DNA of 64,000 bases from Alphaproteobacteria bacterium (lineage in GTDB: Bacteria; Pseudomonadota; Alphaproteobacteria; Bin95), in assembly GCA_963665325.3 (NCBI GenBank), contig CAXXWS020000003.1, positions 448,001 to 512,000 on the forward strand. The letters are read 5' to 3'. The notes under the pieces are model-generated. The model saw only the letters and a program-made list of their open reading frames with translations. It searched no databases and had not been told where the DNA came from. The position numbers and the translations under genes were made by a program. Shown one piece after another: positions 9,238-19,263 of this stretch (within the stretch, counting starts at the first letter, position 1; the number at the start of each line of letters is the position of its first letter).

Positions 9238-10032
9238 TCAGGCGACCCACCAGTCCGGGCGGCTTTCGCGCAGCGTCTCGCGCGCGCGGTCGCGGGCGGC
9301 CCTGTCGTCGAAGGCGGTAAAGCAGGTCGCGCCGCTTCCGGACATGCGCGCGAACAGTACGCCATCCAGTGCCGCCAGGGCATCGAGGGTCTCGCCGACT
9401 TCCGGCGCGAGCGATATGGCGGCTTCGGTCAGGTCGTTCGCGCAATCGGCGAGTTCCGCGACTGTCTGCGGCCAGGGGCGGCTCTCGCGGAACGGGCCGC
9501 GGCGCGCGCCGAACACCGCGGGCGTCGGCAGCGCCACGCCGGAATTGGCGAGCAGCAGATACGGCACGGACCGGTCCGGCAACGGCGTCAGGCGCTCGCC
9601 GATGCCGGCCATGCCGCAGGTCGCGCCGGCGAGGCAGACCGGCACATCCGCGCCGAGGCCGGCCGCTAGGGGCTCCAGGTCCGTCTCGATGCCCCAGAGC
9701 CGCGAGAGCAGCCTGAGCGCCGCCGCGGCGTCGGCGGAGCCGCCGCCGAGCCCGGCCGCGACCGGCAGGTTCTTCTCCAGCACCAGCCGCGCCCCCTGCC
9801 CCGGCGCCAGCGCGCGCGCAGCCCGCAGCACCAGATTGTCCGCCTCGCCCGCTAGCGCCCCGGCGAACGGCCCGACCACTTCCAGGCTGAGATCGTCCGC
9901 CGGCTCGGCGCAGAGCACGTCGCCGGCCTCCGCGAAGGCGACAAGGCTTTCCAGCAGGTGCAGCCCGTCCGCGCGCCGCCCGGTGATGTGCAGGTAGAGG
10001 TTGACCTTCGCCGACGCCGGTTCGCGCAGCAC
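9238..10032 (-). CDS. ispE: 4-diphosphocytidyl-2-C-methyl-D-erythritol kinase
   Basis: AKVNLYLHI, KNLPVAAGLGGGSADAAA, GADVP and MSGSGAT motifs; start uncertain. Confidence 0.93.
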   Translation of the reverse strand: MLREPASAKVNLYLHITGRRADGLHLLESLVAFAEAGDVLCAEPADDLSLEVVGPFAGALAGEADNLVLRAARALAPGQGARLVLEKNLPVAAGLGGGSADAAAALRLLSRLWGIETDLEPLAAGLGADVPVCLAGATCGMAGIGERLTPLPDRSVPYLLLANSGVALPTPAVFGARRGPFRESRPWPQTVAELADCANDLTEAAISLAPEVGETLDALAALDGVLFARMSGSGATCFTAFDDRAARDRARETLRESRPDWWVA

Positions 10033-10054
10033 GGGATTCAGCCGCTCCGCCGGC

Positions 10055-11701
10055 TCAATCGCAGTCGAGCCCGCAGTCGAGCCGCTTGCGCAGCCCGTCG
10101 ACGCGCTCCGGCTCGGGATCGAAGTCCAGCGCGCGCTGCCACTGGAACCGTGCTTCCAGCCGGCGGCCGACCTTCCAGTAGGCATCGCCCAGATGCTCGT
10201 TCACGACGGGTTCCAGCGGTGTCAGGGCGGCCGCCCGCTCCAGCTCCTCGACCGCTTCGGGGTAACGGCCGGTGCGGAAATACACCCAGCCCAGGCTATC
10301 GGCGATGTACCCGTCCCGCGGCCGGAGACCGACCGCCTTGGCCACCATCTCCTCGGCGCGGTCGTAGCGCTCGCCGCGGTCGATCCAGGAATAGCCGAGA
10401 TAGTTCAGCACGTAAGCCTGTTCGGGCACGAATTCGAGCGCCTTCAGGAAGTCCCGCTCCGCAAGCTCCCAGCGCTGCGTGCGCTCGAGCGCGATTCCGC
10501 GCCCGTAATAGAGCCTCCAATGCTCGACGCCGGCCAGCCCCTCGATCCGGGCGATCCCGCGGTCATAGGCGCTGAAGGCTTCCTCGAACTTCCGCTGGCC
10601 GCGCAGCAGGTGGCCGAGTTCGCCGAGCGCGAAGGGGTCGTCCGGGTGGGCTGCGGCCTCCGCTTCCAGAAGCGCGACGGCTTCGTCTAGCCGGTCCTGG
10701 GAGGCATGGACCGCGGCCCGGCCGACCTGCGCGGTCAACCGCCAGATCGAGTCCGCCGGCACCGACCGGTAGACCGCGACGGCTTCGTCGAACCTGTCCC
10801 GGTCGGCGAGAAACTCGCCGGCCAGCACCAGTGCGGCATGATGGTCCGGTTCCAGCATGACCGCGAGCCGGGCATAGATCAGGGCTATAGCGACATTGCG
10901 GCGGTGGAACGCCTCCGCGATGCCGTAAAGCACTTCGGCAACGCCTTCGGACGGCGTGGAGGCGAGCGGCTCGAGGCCGGCCGGAGCCGTAGAAGGCAGC
11001 AAGCCGCCCAGGAAGCGGTAGCGCCGCACTTGCTCCTTGGCCGCCTCCGCGTCGCCTGCGGCCGTCAGGAACGCCGCCTCGGCCAGTACGCCGCGCCTTC
11101 CGGCGCCTGTCTGGCGCAGACGCTCGAAGGCGCTGCGGGCCTCTTCCGTCCGTCCGGCGGCATGCAGGAGAAGGGCGCGGTGCAGCCTGGCCCAGCGGCC
11201 GGAGCCGCGAAGTTTTTCGGCCTCCGAAAGCATGTCTTCCACGCCGTCGGCGTCGCCCGCCGCGTGGCGCAGCCAGGCAAGGATCAGCAGCTTGACCGCC
11301 TTGGGCAGGGAATCGGCCGTCGTTCCTTCGAGCCGTTCCGCCGCCGCCGACCAGTCTGCCCGGCGCATGTCGTTCACCGCGAGACGCAGTGCGACCAGGG
11401 CGCTGTCCAGCGCCTTCTCTCCGGTGAGGCCGTCGACCGGGAGCCTTTCGTCCATTCGCCGGGCAAGAGCCAGACTCGCCTCGACATCGCCCGCGGCGGT
11501 ACGCATCCGCAACAGGCGGCCCTGCACACTGAGATTGTCCGGGTCGGCTTTCAGCGCGCGCCGGTAGAAATCGGCGGCGGCGGCGACATCGAACTGTCGC
11601 TCGGCATAGCCCGCCGCGAGCCAGTCGCTCAGGGCAGGCGCAGCGTGCGGGCGGCAGGCGGCCGAAAGCAGGAGCGCGAATGCCAGAAGGAAAGCGCGCA
11701 T
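10055..11701 (-). CDS. Exported tetratricopeptide-repeat protein
   Basis: Signal peptide MRAFLLAFALL; TPR motifs LNYLGYSW, DSLGWVYF, EHLGDAYW; usual position between ETF-QO and ispE. Confidence 0.88.
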   Translation of the reverse strand: MRAFLLAFALLLSAACRPHAAPALSDWLAAGYAERQFDVAAAADFYRRALKADPDNLSVQGRLLRMRTAAGDVEASLALARRMDERLPVDGLTGEKALDSALVALRLAVNDMRRADWSAAAERLEGTTADSLPKAVKLLILAWLRHAAGDADGVEDMLSEAEKLRGSGRWARLHRALLLHAAGRTEEARSAFERLRQTGAGRRGVLAEAAFLTAAGDAEAAKEQVRRYRFLGGLLPSTAPAGLEPLASTPSEGVAEVLYGIAEAFHRRNVAIALIYARLAVMLEPDHHAALVLAGEFLADRDRFDEAVAVYRSVPADSIWRLTAQVGRAAVHASQDRLDEAVALLEAEAAAHPDDPFALGELGHLLRGQRKFEEAFSAYDRGIARIEGLAGVEHWRLYYGRGIALERTQRWELAERDFLKALEFVPEQAYVLNYLGYSWIDRGERYDRAEEMVAKAVGLRPRDGYIADSLGWVYFRTGRYPEAVEELERAAALTPLEPVVNEHLGDAYWKVGRRLEARFQWQRALDFDPEPERVDGLRKRLDCGLDCD

Positions 11702-11711
11702 CCAACGGGTC

Positions 11712-13355
11712 TCACATGTTCGGATAATTGGGCCCGCCACCGCCTTCGGGCACCGCCCAGACGATGTTCTGGGTCGGATCCTTGATGTCGCAGGTCTTGC
11801 AGTGGACACAGTTCTGGGCATTGATCTGCAGGCGCGGCTCGCCGCTGTCCTCGACAATTTCATAAACCCCCGCCGGGCAGTAACGTTGTTCCGGCGCGTC
11901 GAACTCCGCGAGATTGACCCGGATCGGCACCTCGGCGTCCTTGAGCACCAGATGGACCGGCTGGTCTTCCTCGTGGTTAGTGCCGGAAAGATAGACCGAG
12001 GACGGCTTGTCGAAGGACACGATTCCGTCCGGCCTCGGATAGTCGATCGCCTTGCAGTCGTCCCGGCCGGCTGTGGCCGCATGATCCGCGCCATGGTGGC
12101 GGAGCGTCCAGGGAGCTCGGCCGCGCAACAGCACCTGGTCGATGCCGGCATGGAGCATGCCGGCCGCCAGGCCCCAGCGGAACGCGGGGCGGACATTGCG
12201 CGCCCGGTGGAGTTCGTCGTGCAGCCAGGACGAGCGGAAGGCTTCCGGATAGGCCGTCAGCTCGTCGCCTCCTTCCGAGCCTTCCGACAGCCGCCGGAAT
12301 GCCGCCTCGGCGGCCAGCATGCCGGTCTTCATGGCGCCGTGGCTGCCCTTGATGCGTGGCACGTTCAGGAATCCAGCCTCGCAGCCGATCAGCGCGCCGC
12401 CGGGAAACACCAGTTTCGGCAGTGCCTGCATTCCCCCCTCATTGACGGCCCGGGCCCCGTAGGCGACGCGCTGCCCGCCTTCGAAGAAGGGACGGATCTT
12501 CGGATGGGTCTTGTAGCGCTGGAATTCGTCGAAGGGGCTGAGCCATGGATTTCTATAGTCGAGCGCGATGACGAACCCGACCGCCACCTGGCCGCCGGCC
12601 AGGTGGTAGAGGAAGGAACCGCCATAGGTGCGCCGGTCCATCGGCCAGCCGGCAGTGTGGACCACGAGGCCCGGCTCGTGGATCGCGGGATCGACGTCCC
12701 AGAGTTCCTTGAGGCCGATGCCGTAGGTCTGGGGCTGGCAGTCGCGCCGGAGGTCGAAGCGGTCCATGAGCTGCTTGCCGAGCGAGCCCCGGCAGCCTTC
12801 GGCGAACAGCGTGTATCTGGCGCGCAGCTCGATGCCGGGCTCATGCGTAGCCTTGGGTTCGCCGTCGCGCCCGATGCCCATATCGCCCGTTGCCACACCG
12901 GCAACCGCGCCGTCTTCCCGGTACAGCACCTCGGCGGCGGCGAAGCCCGGATAGATCTCCACCTCCAGCGCCTCGGCCTGCTCGCCCAGCCAGCGGCAGA
13001 CATTGCCGAGGCTGACGATATGGTTGCCATGGTTGCGCAGCGACGGGGGCAGGAACGGCCCGGGCACCCGGAAGGCGCTCTTCTCGCCCAGGAGAAAGAA
13101 CCGGTCTTCGGTCACGGGGGTGTCCAGCGGGGCGCCCCGCTCCTGCCAGTCGGGCAGCAATTCGTTGAGCGCGCGCGGGTCGAGAACGGCGCCGGACAGA
13201 ATATGGGCGCCGACCTCGGATCCCTTCTCGATCACGCATACGGAAACCTCAGAATCGGCCTCGGCCGCCAGCTGTTTCAGCCGTATCGCCGCCGCCAGCC
13301 CGGCCGGGCCCCCGCCGACGATAACGACGTCGAACTCCATGCTCTCCCGTTCCAT
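11712..13355 (-). CDS. Electron transfer flavoprotein-ubiquinone oxidoreductase
   Basis: GGGPAGL FAD motif, [34 protein letters not shown]. Confidence 0.96.
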   Translation of the reverse strand: MERESMEFDVVIVGGGPAGLAAAIRLKQLAAEADSEVSVCVIEKGSEVGAHILSGAVLDPRALNELLPDWQERGAPLDTPVTEDRFFLLGEKSAFRVPGPFLPPSLRNHGNHIVSLGNVCRWLGEQAEALEVEIYPGFAAAEVLYREDGAVAGVATGDMGIGRDGEPKATHEPGIELRARYTLFAEGCRGSLGKQLMDRFDLRRDCQPQTYGIGLKELWDVDPAIHEPGLVVHTAGWPMDRRTYGGSFLYHLAGGQVAVGFVIALDYRNPWLSPFDEFQRYKTHPKIRPFFEGGQRVAYGARAVNEGGMQALPKLVFPGGALIGCEAGFLNVPRIKGSHGAMKTGMLAAEAAFRRLSEGSEGGDELTAYPEAFRSSWLHDELHRARNVRPAFRWGLAAGMLHAGIDQVLLRGRAPWTLRHHGADHAATAGRDDCKAIDYPRPDGIVSFDKPSSVYLSGTNHEEDQPVHLVLKDAEVPIRVNLAEFDAPEQRYCPAGVYEIVEDSGEPRLQINAQNCVHCKTCDIKDPTQNIVWAVPEGGGGPNYPNM

Positions 13356-13420
13356 GCCCCCGCCCTCATCAATTCGGCGCGCACTTTGCGCTAACATAGG
13401 CTACACTTTGTGGCTGCGCC

Positions 13421-14197
13421 ATGACCGAACGGGAACCATTGCTCGCGGCGTTGGAGTGGCAATTGGCGGCCGGTGTGGACGAGGTTGTCGGCTTCGAACC
13501 GGCGGACCGGTTCGCCCCGCCGCCGGAACGCAAGGCGCCGGCTGCCCCGCCCCCTGCACGCAGGGCGGCGCCGGTTGCCGCACATCCCGTGGCAGCGGTG
13601 GAGGCCTCGTCAGGGGATGTCGCACGGACAGCCGATCTGGATGCGCTTCGCGGGCTCCTGCTTGCCTTCGACGGTTGCGCATTGAAGAAGACGGCGACCA
13701 ACACGGTGTTCGGCGAAGGGCCCGCCGGCGCGCGCCTGATGATTGTCGGCGAAGCGCCGGGGGCCGACGAAGACCGGCAGGGCCGCCCTTTCGTCGGGCC
13801 GAGCGGGCGGCTGCTGGAGCGGATGCTGGCCGCAATCGGTTTCCGGCGTGAGGAGGTCTATATCGCCAACACCGTTTACTGGCGTCCGCCGGGCAACCGC
13901 ACTCCTTCGGCGGAGGAGGTGGAAGCCTGCCGGCCGTTCGTCGACCGGCAGATTGCGCTGGTGGCGCCCGAGGTGCTGATGCTGGCAGGCGGCGCGGCCG
14001 CCAAGACGCTGCTCGGGACGACGGAGGGCATCATGCGCCTGCGCGGGCGCTGGCAGCGTTTGGCCGCCGCGGACGGGCCGGTCGATGTCATGCCGACCTT
14101 TCACCCGGCCTTTCTGCTGCGCTCGCCCGCGCGCAAGCGCGAGGCCTGGCGCGACCTGTTGGCCGTCAAGGCCCGGCTGGAGACCGCCCGTTCGTGA
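13421..14197 (+). CDS. Uracil-DNA glycosylase, family 4
   Basis: GEAPGADED...PFVGPSG, WRPPGNRTP and TFHPAFLLR motifs. Confidence 0.92.
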   Translation: MTEREPLLAALEWQLAAGVDEVVGFEPADRFAPPPERKAPAAPPPARRAAPVAAHPVAAVEASSGDVARTADLDALRGLLLAFDGCALKKTATNTVFGEGPAGARLMIVGEAPGADEDRQGRPFVGPSGRLLERMLAAIGFRREEVYIANTVYWRPPGNRTPSAEEVEACRPFVDRQIALVAPEVLMLAGGAAAKTLLGTTEGIMRLRGRWQRLAAADGPVDVMPTFHPAFLLRSPARKREAWRDLLAVKARLETARS

Positions 14198-15912
14198 GGG
14201 CTCTGGCGCTGGCAATGCTGACGGTCTGGAGCGGTGCCGCAGGGGCTGCCGACCTGCGGATCCTTTCCGCGGCCGATGTCGATCGTTACCAGCGCCTCTT
14301 CGTGCTGGAGGCGGAGAACCGCTGGGAGGAAGCCGACACGCTCGCGCGCGAACTGGACGACCCCCGGCTGATGGGCCATGTGCTTTACCAGCGCTACGTC
14401 GTCTCGCACGACTATGTCACGCCCTATGAGGAACTGCGGGCCTGGCTGGAGGCTTACAGCGACCATCCGGGGGCGCATCGGGTGTCGCGCCTGGCGCTCA
14501 AGCGGCGCCCGCCCGGCATGTTGCCGCCCCCTCCGGAAAAACACCCGCCGGTACGCCGGCCCACGCCGTTGTTCGTCGCAAAGCCCCTGCAGAAGCCGCA
14601 AACCGTGGTTGGCACGATCTATGCCCGGATCATCGAGCAGCACTTGAAGGAGGAGCGGCCCGACCTCGCGGGCAGCCTGTTCCGCGATGCCGCCGTCCAC
14701 CGGGCGCTGGGCCGGGATTATGCCGACAAGCTGCGCGCCGATATTGCCTTTTCCTTCTACCTTCTCGGCAAGGATGCGGCCGCCTACAGCCTCGCCTCGA
14801 GGCGCGCCGAACCCGCACAGAACCGGGTGTCTCTACTCCACTGGGTGGCGGGCCTGGCAGCGCTCAGGCTCGGCTGGCATGCCGGCGCGGCGCGGCATTT
14901 TGCTGCCCACGCGCAGTCTCCGGCAGCCTCTCCGTGGAATGCCTCTGCCGGCGCGTTCTGGGCAGCGAGAATGTATCGGCAGATCGAGCGGCCGGAGGAG
15001 GCCGAAGCATGGCTGCAGGCGGCGGCGGTCTACAAGCGGACCTTTTACGGCATGCTCTCCCGCGAAATGCTGGGCTGGCCGCACGGGCTGAATTTCGAGC
15101 CGCCGCCGCTCGACGATGCGGACCGGCTGCGAATCCACACCGAACCGGCGGCCATTCGCGCCCTGGCGCTGGCGCAGGTGGGACAGACCGTGCCCGCCGA
15201 GGCCGAGATGCGCCGCGCGCTTGCCGATGCCGATGCGGACACAACGCGCGCCCTGCTCGCTGCCGCCATATCCGCGCACCTGCCACGTGCAGCGCTGCTC
15301 GCCGGGCGCCGCCTGCTCGGCCGCGGCGACCCGCCCCGCGATCTTGCGCTCTATCCGCTGGCGCCCTGGGAACCGGAAGGCGGCTATGGGCTGGACCGGG
15401 CGCTGCTGCTCGGCTTCATGCGCCGCGAGAGCGCCTTTGACACCCGGGCTGCGAGCCACGCCGGGGCACGCGGGCTGATGCAGCTCATGCCCTCGACCGC
15501 CAATTCGGTGTCACAGAACGAGCAGTTCGCCGGCAAGACGCTCAAGCGCCTGCATGAACCGGAGCTCAATCTGACTCTCGGCCGCGACTATCTTCGTTTG
15601 CTGCTGGAGAAGGATGTCGTCGCCGGCGACCTTCTCAATCTCGCCATCGCCTACAATGCCGGGGCCGGCCGGCTGCGGCGTTGGAGTTCGACGGTGCGGG
15701 ATATGGACGACAGGCTCCTTTTCATCGAGAGCCTGCCCGCGAAGGAGACCCGGGTGTTCGTCGAGCATGTGCTCACGAATATCTGGGCTTACCGCGCGCG
15801 CCTGGGCCAGCAGCGGCCGAGCCTGGCTGCGCTGGCGGCGGGGCAGAAGCCGCTCTATAAGTCACTCGACACCCGGCAGGCGGGCGCCGACCGCAACCCG
15901 CCCAACGCATGA
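14194..15912 (+). CDS. Soluble lytic murein transglycosylase
   Basis: RRESAF, GARGLMQLMP, AYNAG and ETRVFV SLT motifs. Confidence 0.9.
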   Translation: MRALALAMLTVWSGAAGAADLRILSAADVDRYQRLFVLEAENRWEEADTLARELDDPRLMGHVLYQRYVVSHDYVTPYEELRAWLEAYSDHPGAHRVSRLALKRRPPGMLPPPPEKHPPVRRPTPLFVAKPLQKPQTVVGTIYARIIEQHLKEERPDLAGSLFRDAAVHRALGRDYADKLRADIAFSFYLLGKDAAAYSLASRRAEPAQNRVSLLHWVAGLAALRLGWHAGAARHFAAHAQSPAASPWNASAGAFWAARMYRQIERPEEAEAWLQAAAVYKRTFYGMLSREMLGWPHGLNFEPPPLDDADRLRIHTEPAAIRALALAQVGQTVPAEAEMRRALADADADTTRALLAAAISAHLPRAALLAGRRLLGRGDPPRDLALYPLAPWEPEGGYGLDRALLLGFMRRESAFDTRAASHAGARGLMQLMPSTANSVSQNEQFAGKTLKRLHEPELNLTLGRDYLRLLLEKDVVAGDLLNLAIAYNAGAGRLRRWSSTVRDMDDRLLFIESLPAKETRVFVEHVLTNIWAYRARLGQQRPSLAALAAGQKPLYKSLDTRQAGADRNPPNA

Positions 15913-15943
15913 TCACGCCCTTCGCACCGGGAGCGCTCCCGTA

Positions 15944-16495
15944 ATGCCCGGCAGCATCGACGAAAGCCGCCCTTTCATTCCCGTGCGCATCGCGGTGCTC
16001 ACCGTCTCGGACACGCGCAGCGAGGCCGACGACCGCTCCGGCGACACGCTGGTCGAGCGGCTGGAGCGCGACGGGCACGTCCTGGCCGACCGCGCCATCG
16101 TTCGCGACGAGGTGGACGCCATCCGCGCGGCACTGCGGGGCTGGATCGAGGATGCGGAAGTCGACTGCGTGATCGCGACAGGCGGCACGGGCCTCACCGG
16201 CCGGGATGTGACGCCGGAAGCCTTCGAAGGCGTCTATGAGAAGCGGATCGACGGCTTCGGCGAGCTGTTCCGCTGGCAGAGCCTGCAGAAGATCGGCGCC
16301 TCCACGATCCAGTCGCGCGCCACGGCCGGCACCGCGGGCGGCACCTACCTGTTCGCCCTGCCCGGCTCGACCGGCGCCTGCAGGGATGCCTGGGACGACA
16401 TCCTCCACTGGCAGCTCGACTACCGCTTCCGCCCCTGCAATTTCGTGGAAATCATGCCCCGCCTCCAGGAGCATGTCACCGGCCGGGGCGGCTGA
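15944..16495 (+). CDS. moaB: Molybdenum cofactor biosynthesis protein B
   Basis: AVLTVSDTR, TGGTGLTGRDVTPEA, LPGSTGAC and PCNFVE motifs. Confidence 0.92.
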   Translation: MPGSIDESRPFIPVRIAVLTVSDTRSEADDRSGDTLVERLERDGHVLADRAIVRDEVDAIRAALRGWIEDAEVDCVIATGGTGLTGRDVTPEAFEGVYEKRIDGFGELFRWQSLQKIGASTIQSRATAGTAGGTYLFALPGSTGACRDAWDDILHWQLDYRFRPCNFVEIMPRLQEHVTGRGG

Positions 16496-16705
16496 ACGCT
16501 TCTTTGTGGCTTGACCGCACCGATTTTCGGCTACACGAGGACTGGGCGGAAGAGCTGGACGACTGGGAGTGAAGCTTGGGAACTTGGTGCAGGTCGTTCT
16601 TCCGGGCGACTATGGAAAGCCTCGCCCTGCTTTGGTGATTCAATTCGACTTGTTCCAGAGTTTCGCCGCGGATTTCCTCGACGTCGAGGCCAGGAAGGAC
16701 CTGCC

Positions 16706-17263
16706 ATGACTCTTCTCGTTGCCGGCCTTGCGCTTTTTATCGGCCTGCATCTGATTCCGGGCATTGCACCCCTTCGCGCCGGCCTGGTCGCCCGGATGGG
16801 CGAGAAGCGGTATCGCGGGGCGTTCTCGGCCCTCGCGTTCGCAGGCCTCGCGCTGATCGTGTGGGGCTATTCGGCGGCTCCGTTCGAGCCCGTCTATTCG
16901 CCTCCGGACTGGGGGCGCGACGCGGCGATGTGGATGGTGCCGGCGGCGTTCGTGCTGTTTGCAGCGGCGAATATGCCGACACATATCCGATCCGTTGTCC
17001 GGCACCCCATGCTGCTCGGGCTCCTTCTCTGGGCGCTCGCCCATCTGGCGGCGAATGGCGACCTGCGTTCGCTCATGCTCTTCGGGGGTTTTGCGGGATT
17101 CTCGTTGGTGGCAGCGGCGAGCGCGGTGGCGCGCGGCAAGCGGCCCGCCGCCGACAAGGCGCCGCGCCTCGCAATGGATGCGGCGGCGCTGGTGTCGGGG
17201 CTCGCCGCCGCCGGCCTCTTCGCATATCTGCACGCTACATTGTTCGGCGCGCCGGCGCTGTAG
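16706..17263 (+). CDS. nnrU: NnrU family membrane protein
   Basis: GLALFIGLH; RHPMLLG...WALAHLAANGD. Confidence 0.85.
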   Translation: MTLLVAGLALFIGLHLIPGIAPLRAGLVARMGEKRYRGAFSALAFAGLALIVWGYSAAPFEPVYSPPDWGRDAAMWMVPAAFVLFAAANMPTHIRSVVRHPMLLGLLLWALAHLAANGDLRSLMLFGGFAGFSLVAAASAVARGKRPAADKAPRLAMDAAALVSGLAAAGLFAYLHATLFGAPAL

Positions 17264-17276
17264 AACCTTTTCCGGG

Positions 17277-18422
17277 CTACCGACCGGCCGGTCGGGTCTC
17301 CGGCCCGGAGACGCCGGCGCTCTCGAAGGTGGCCATCTCCGCATGGCAGGCGGCGGCGGCCTTGAGCAGCGCGAGCGCCAGCGCCGCCCCCGATCCTTCG
17401 CCGAGGCGCATGCCCAGGTCCAGCAGCGGTGCCTTGCCCCAGAGCGCCAGCAGGCGTCCGTGGGCGGGCTCGGCGGAGAGGTGGCCGGCCTGGCAATGGT
17501 CGAGGCCGGTCGGATCGAGCGCATGGAGTACCGCTGCCGCCGCCGCTGCGCCGTAGCCGTCCAGCACCACCGGCACGCGGCCCATACGCGCGGCGACGAG
17601 CGCGCCGAACATGGCGGCGGTCTCGAAGCCGCCGAGCCGCCTCAGCACCTCCAGCGGCGGTTGTCCGCCATGCAATGCTGCGCCGAGCCGCACCGTTTCG
17701 ATCTTGGCTTCGAGCCGGTCGCCCGAGACGCCCGTGCCGGGCCCGGTCCAGTCGTCCGCCCTTCCCCCATGGAGCCCAAGGGCGATGGCGGCGGCCGAAG
17801 TCGTGTTCGCGATACCCATTTCCCCGATGGCAAGCGCGTCGATCCCGGGCTCGATCGCCATCATTCCGTAAGCGACGGCGCGTGCGCATTCCTCGTCCGT
17901 CATCGCGGGTGCGAGGGTGAAATCCTCCGTCGGTACCTCTAGCGAGAGCTCATAGACGCGGAGTTCCGCATCCAGCGCGCCGCAGATGGCGTTCACCGCC
18001 GCACCGCCGGCGATGAAGTTCTGCACCATTTCAGCGGTTACGGAAGCGGGCCACGCCGAGACGCCCCGCGCGGCCACGCCGTGGTTTCCGGCGAACACGG
18101 CGACACGCGGCCGGTCGAGGCGCGGCGGATGGCGTCCCTGCCATGCGGCCAGCCACTCGGCCAGCTCCTCCAGCCGCCCGAGCGAGCCCGGCGGCTTGGT
18201 GAGTCCGGCCTCGCGGGCCCGCGCAGCCGCGCGAGCCTCCTCGTCGGGGCCAGGTAGATGGGCAAGCGTCTCCGCGATCTCGGCGAGCGAGGCAATCGGG
18301 GTGGCCTCGGCGAGCGAGGCAATCGGGGTGGCCTCGTCGGACGAGGCGATCGGGACAGCCTCGTCAAACGAGGCGATCGGGACAGCCTCGTCGGGCGAGA
18401 CAGGGGGAACGGATTCGGCCAT
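17277..18422 (-). CDS. cobT: Nicotinate-nucleotide--dimethylbenzimidazole phosphoribosyltransferase
   Basis: LTKPPGSLGRLE, FAGNHGV, GEMGIANTT and RLGEGSGA motifs. Confidence 0.93.
   Translation of the reverse strand: MAESVPPVSPDEAVPIASFDEAVPIASSDEATPIASLAEATPIASLAEIAETLAHLPGPDEEARAAARAREAGLTKPPGSLGRLEELAEWLAAWQGRHPPRLDRPRVAVFAGNHGVAARGVSAWPASVTAEMVQNFIAGGAAVNAICGALDAELRVYELSLEVPTEDFTLAPAMTDEECARAVAYGMMAIEPGIDALAIGEMGIANTTSAAAIALGLHGGRADDWTGPGTGVSGDRLEAKIETVRLGAALHGGQPPLEVLRRLGGFETAAMFGALVAARMGRVPVVLDGYGAAAAAAVLHALDPTGLDHCQAGHLSAEPAHGRLLALWGKAPLLDLGMRLGEGSGAALALALLKAAAACHAEMATFESAGVSGPETRPAGR
18280..18400. repeat. 30-bp tandem repeat (~4 units) encoding the CobT N-terminus
   Basis: Repeated EA(V/T)PIAS(F/S/L)x decapeptide. 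Confidence 0.9.
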
Positions 18423-18458
18423 GCTGGCGGTCTATCGCGGATTCGCCCGAGGAAGTCC

Positions 18459-19154
18459 ATGCGCGCCCTGGACGACATGCGGCTGGCCTTCCAGTTCCTG
18501 ACCGTGCTGCCCGTCGGCCGGCCGGAACCGCGGCCGCTCGGCGAGGCGGCCTGGTGTTTCCCGCTCGTCGGCTTCGCGGTCGGCGCCTGCGTGGCGGTTG
18601 CGTTTCTGGCCGCGCGGGAGGTGGGCCTGTCGCCCGTGCTGGCGGGCTTCCTGGCGGTCGGCGCTGGAATCGCGCTCACCGGCGGGTTGCACGAGGACGG
18701 CCTTGCCGACACCGCGGACGGCATGGGCGTCCGGGACCCGCAGCGCGCCCTGGAGGTCATGCGGGACCCCCGTGCCGGCGCGTTCGGCGTGCTTGCGCTG
18801 GCGCTGACCGTGCCGATGCGGGCGCTCGCGCTTGCGGCGGCGGGGCCGGTGGCCGCAATCGCAGCGCATGTGCTCTCGCGGGGCGCGGTCGCGGGCGCGA
18901 TGGCCTGGACACCGCCTGCCCGCAGCGATGGGCTGGCGGCGGAGGCCGGCCCGACGGATGCGGCGGTCGCGCTGCTGCTCGCGGCGGGCATCGGCATAGC
19001 GCTCGGCTGGCAGTCCGTCCCGGCGGCAGCCCTCGCTGCCTTCGCCGCGGCATGGTGGGCCGCAAGGCGCTTCGGCGGCCATACCGGGGACACGCTCGGC
19101 GCCGTCCAGCAAGCAACGGAGCTCGCCGTCCTGCTGGCGCTTGCCGGCGCGTAA
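18459..19154 (+). CDS. cobS: Adenosylcobinamide-GDP ribazoletransferase
   Basis: [31 protein letters not shown] and [10 protein letters not shown] motifs. Confidence 0.92.
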   Translation: MRALDDMRLAFQFLTVLPVGRPEPRPLGEAAWCFPLVGFAVGACVAVAFLAAREVGLSPVLAGFLAVGAGIALTGGLHEDGLADTADGMGVRDPQRALEVMRDPRAGAFGVLALALTVPMRALALAAAGPVAAIAAHVLSRGAVAGAMAWTPPARSDGLAAEAGPTDAAVALLLAAGIGIALGWQSVPAAALAAFAAAWWAARRFGGHTGDTLGAVQQATELAVLLALAGA

Positions 19155-19187
19155 AGGCGGGCCTGCGGGCAGCGGAACGGTGGCAGT

Positions 19188-19203
19188 CGTTTCACGTGAA
19201 ACA
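19188..19203. promoter_or_regulatory. parS: parS centromere site
   Basis: CGTTTCACGTGAAACA, 15/16 match to TGTTTCACGTGAAACA, upstream of mnmG. Confidence 0.92.
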
Positions 19204-19263
19204 CGGCGCCGAATTGAAGCGCCGGACTTGCCCCACGCGGCGCATCGTCCTATTGAACGGCGC

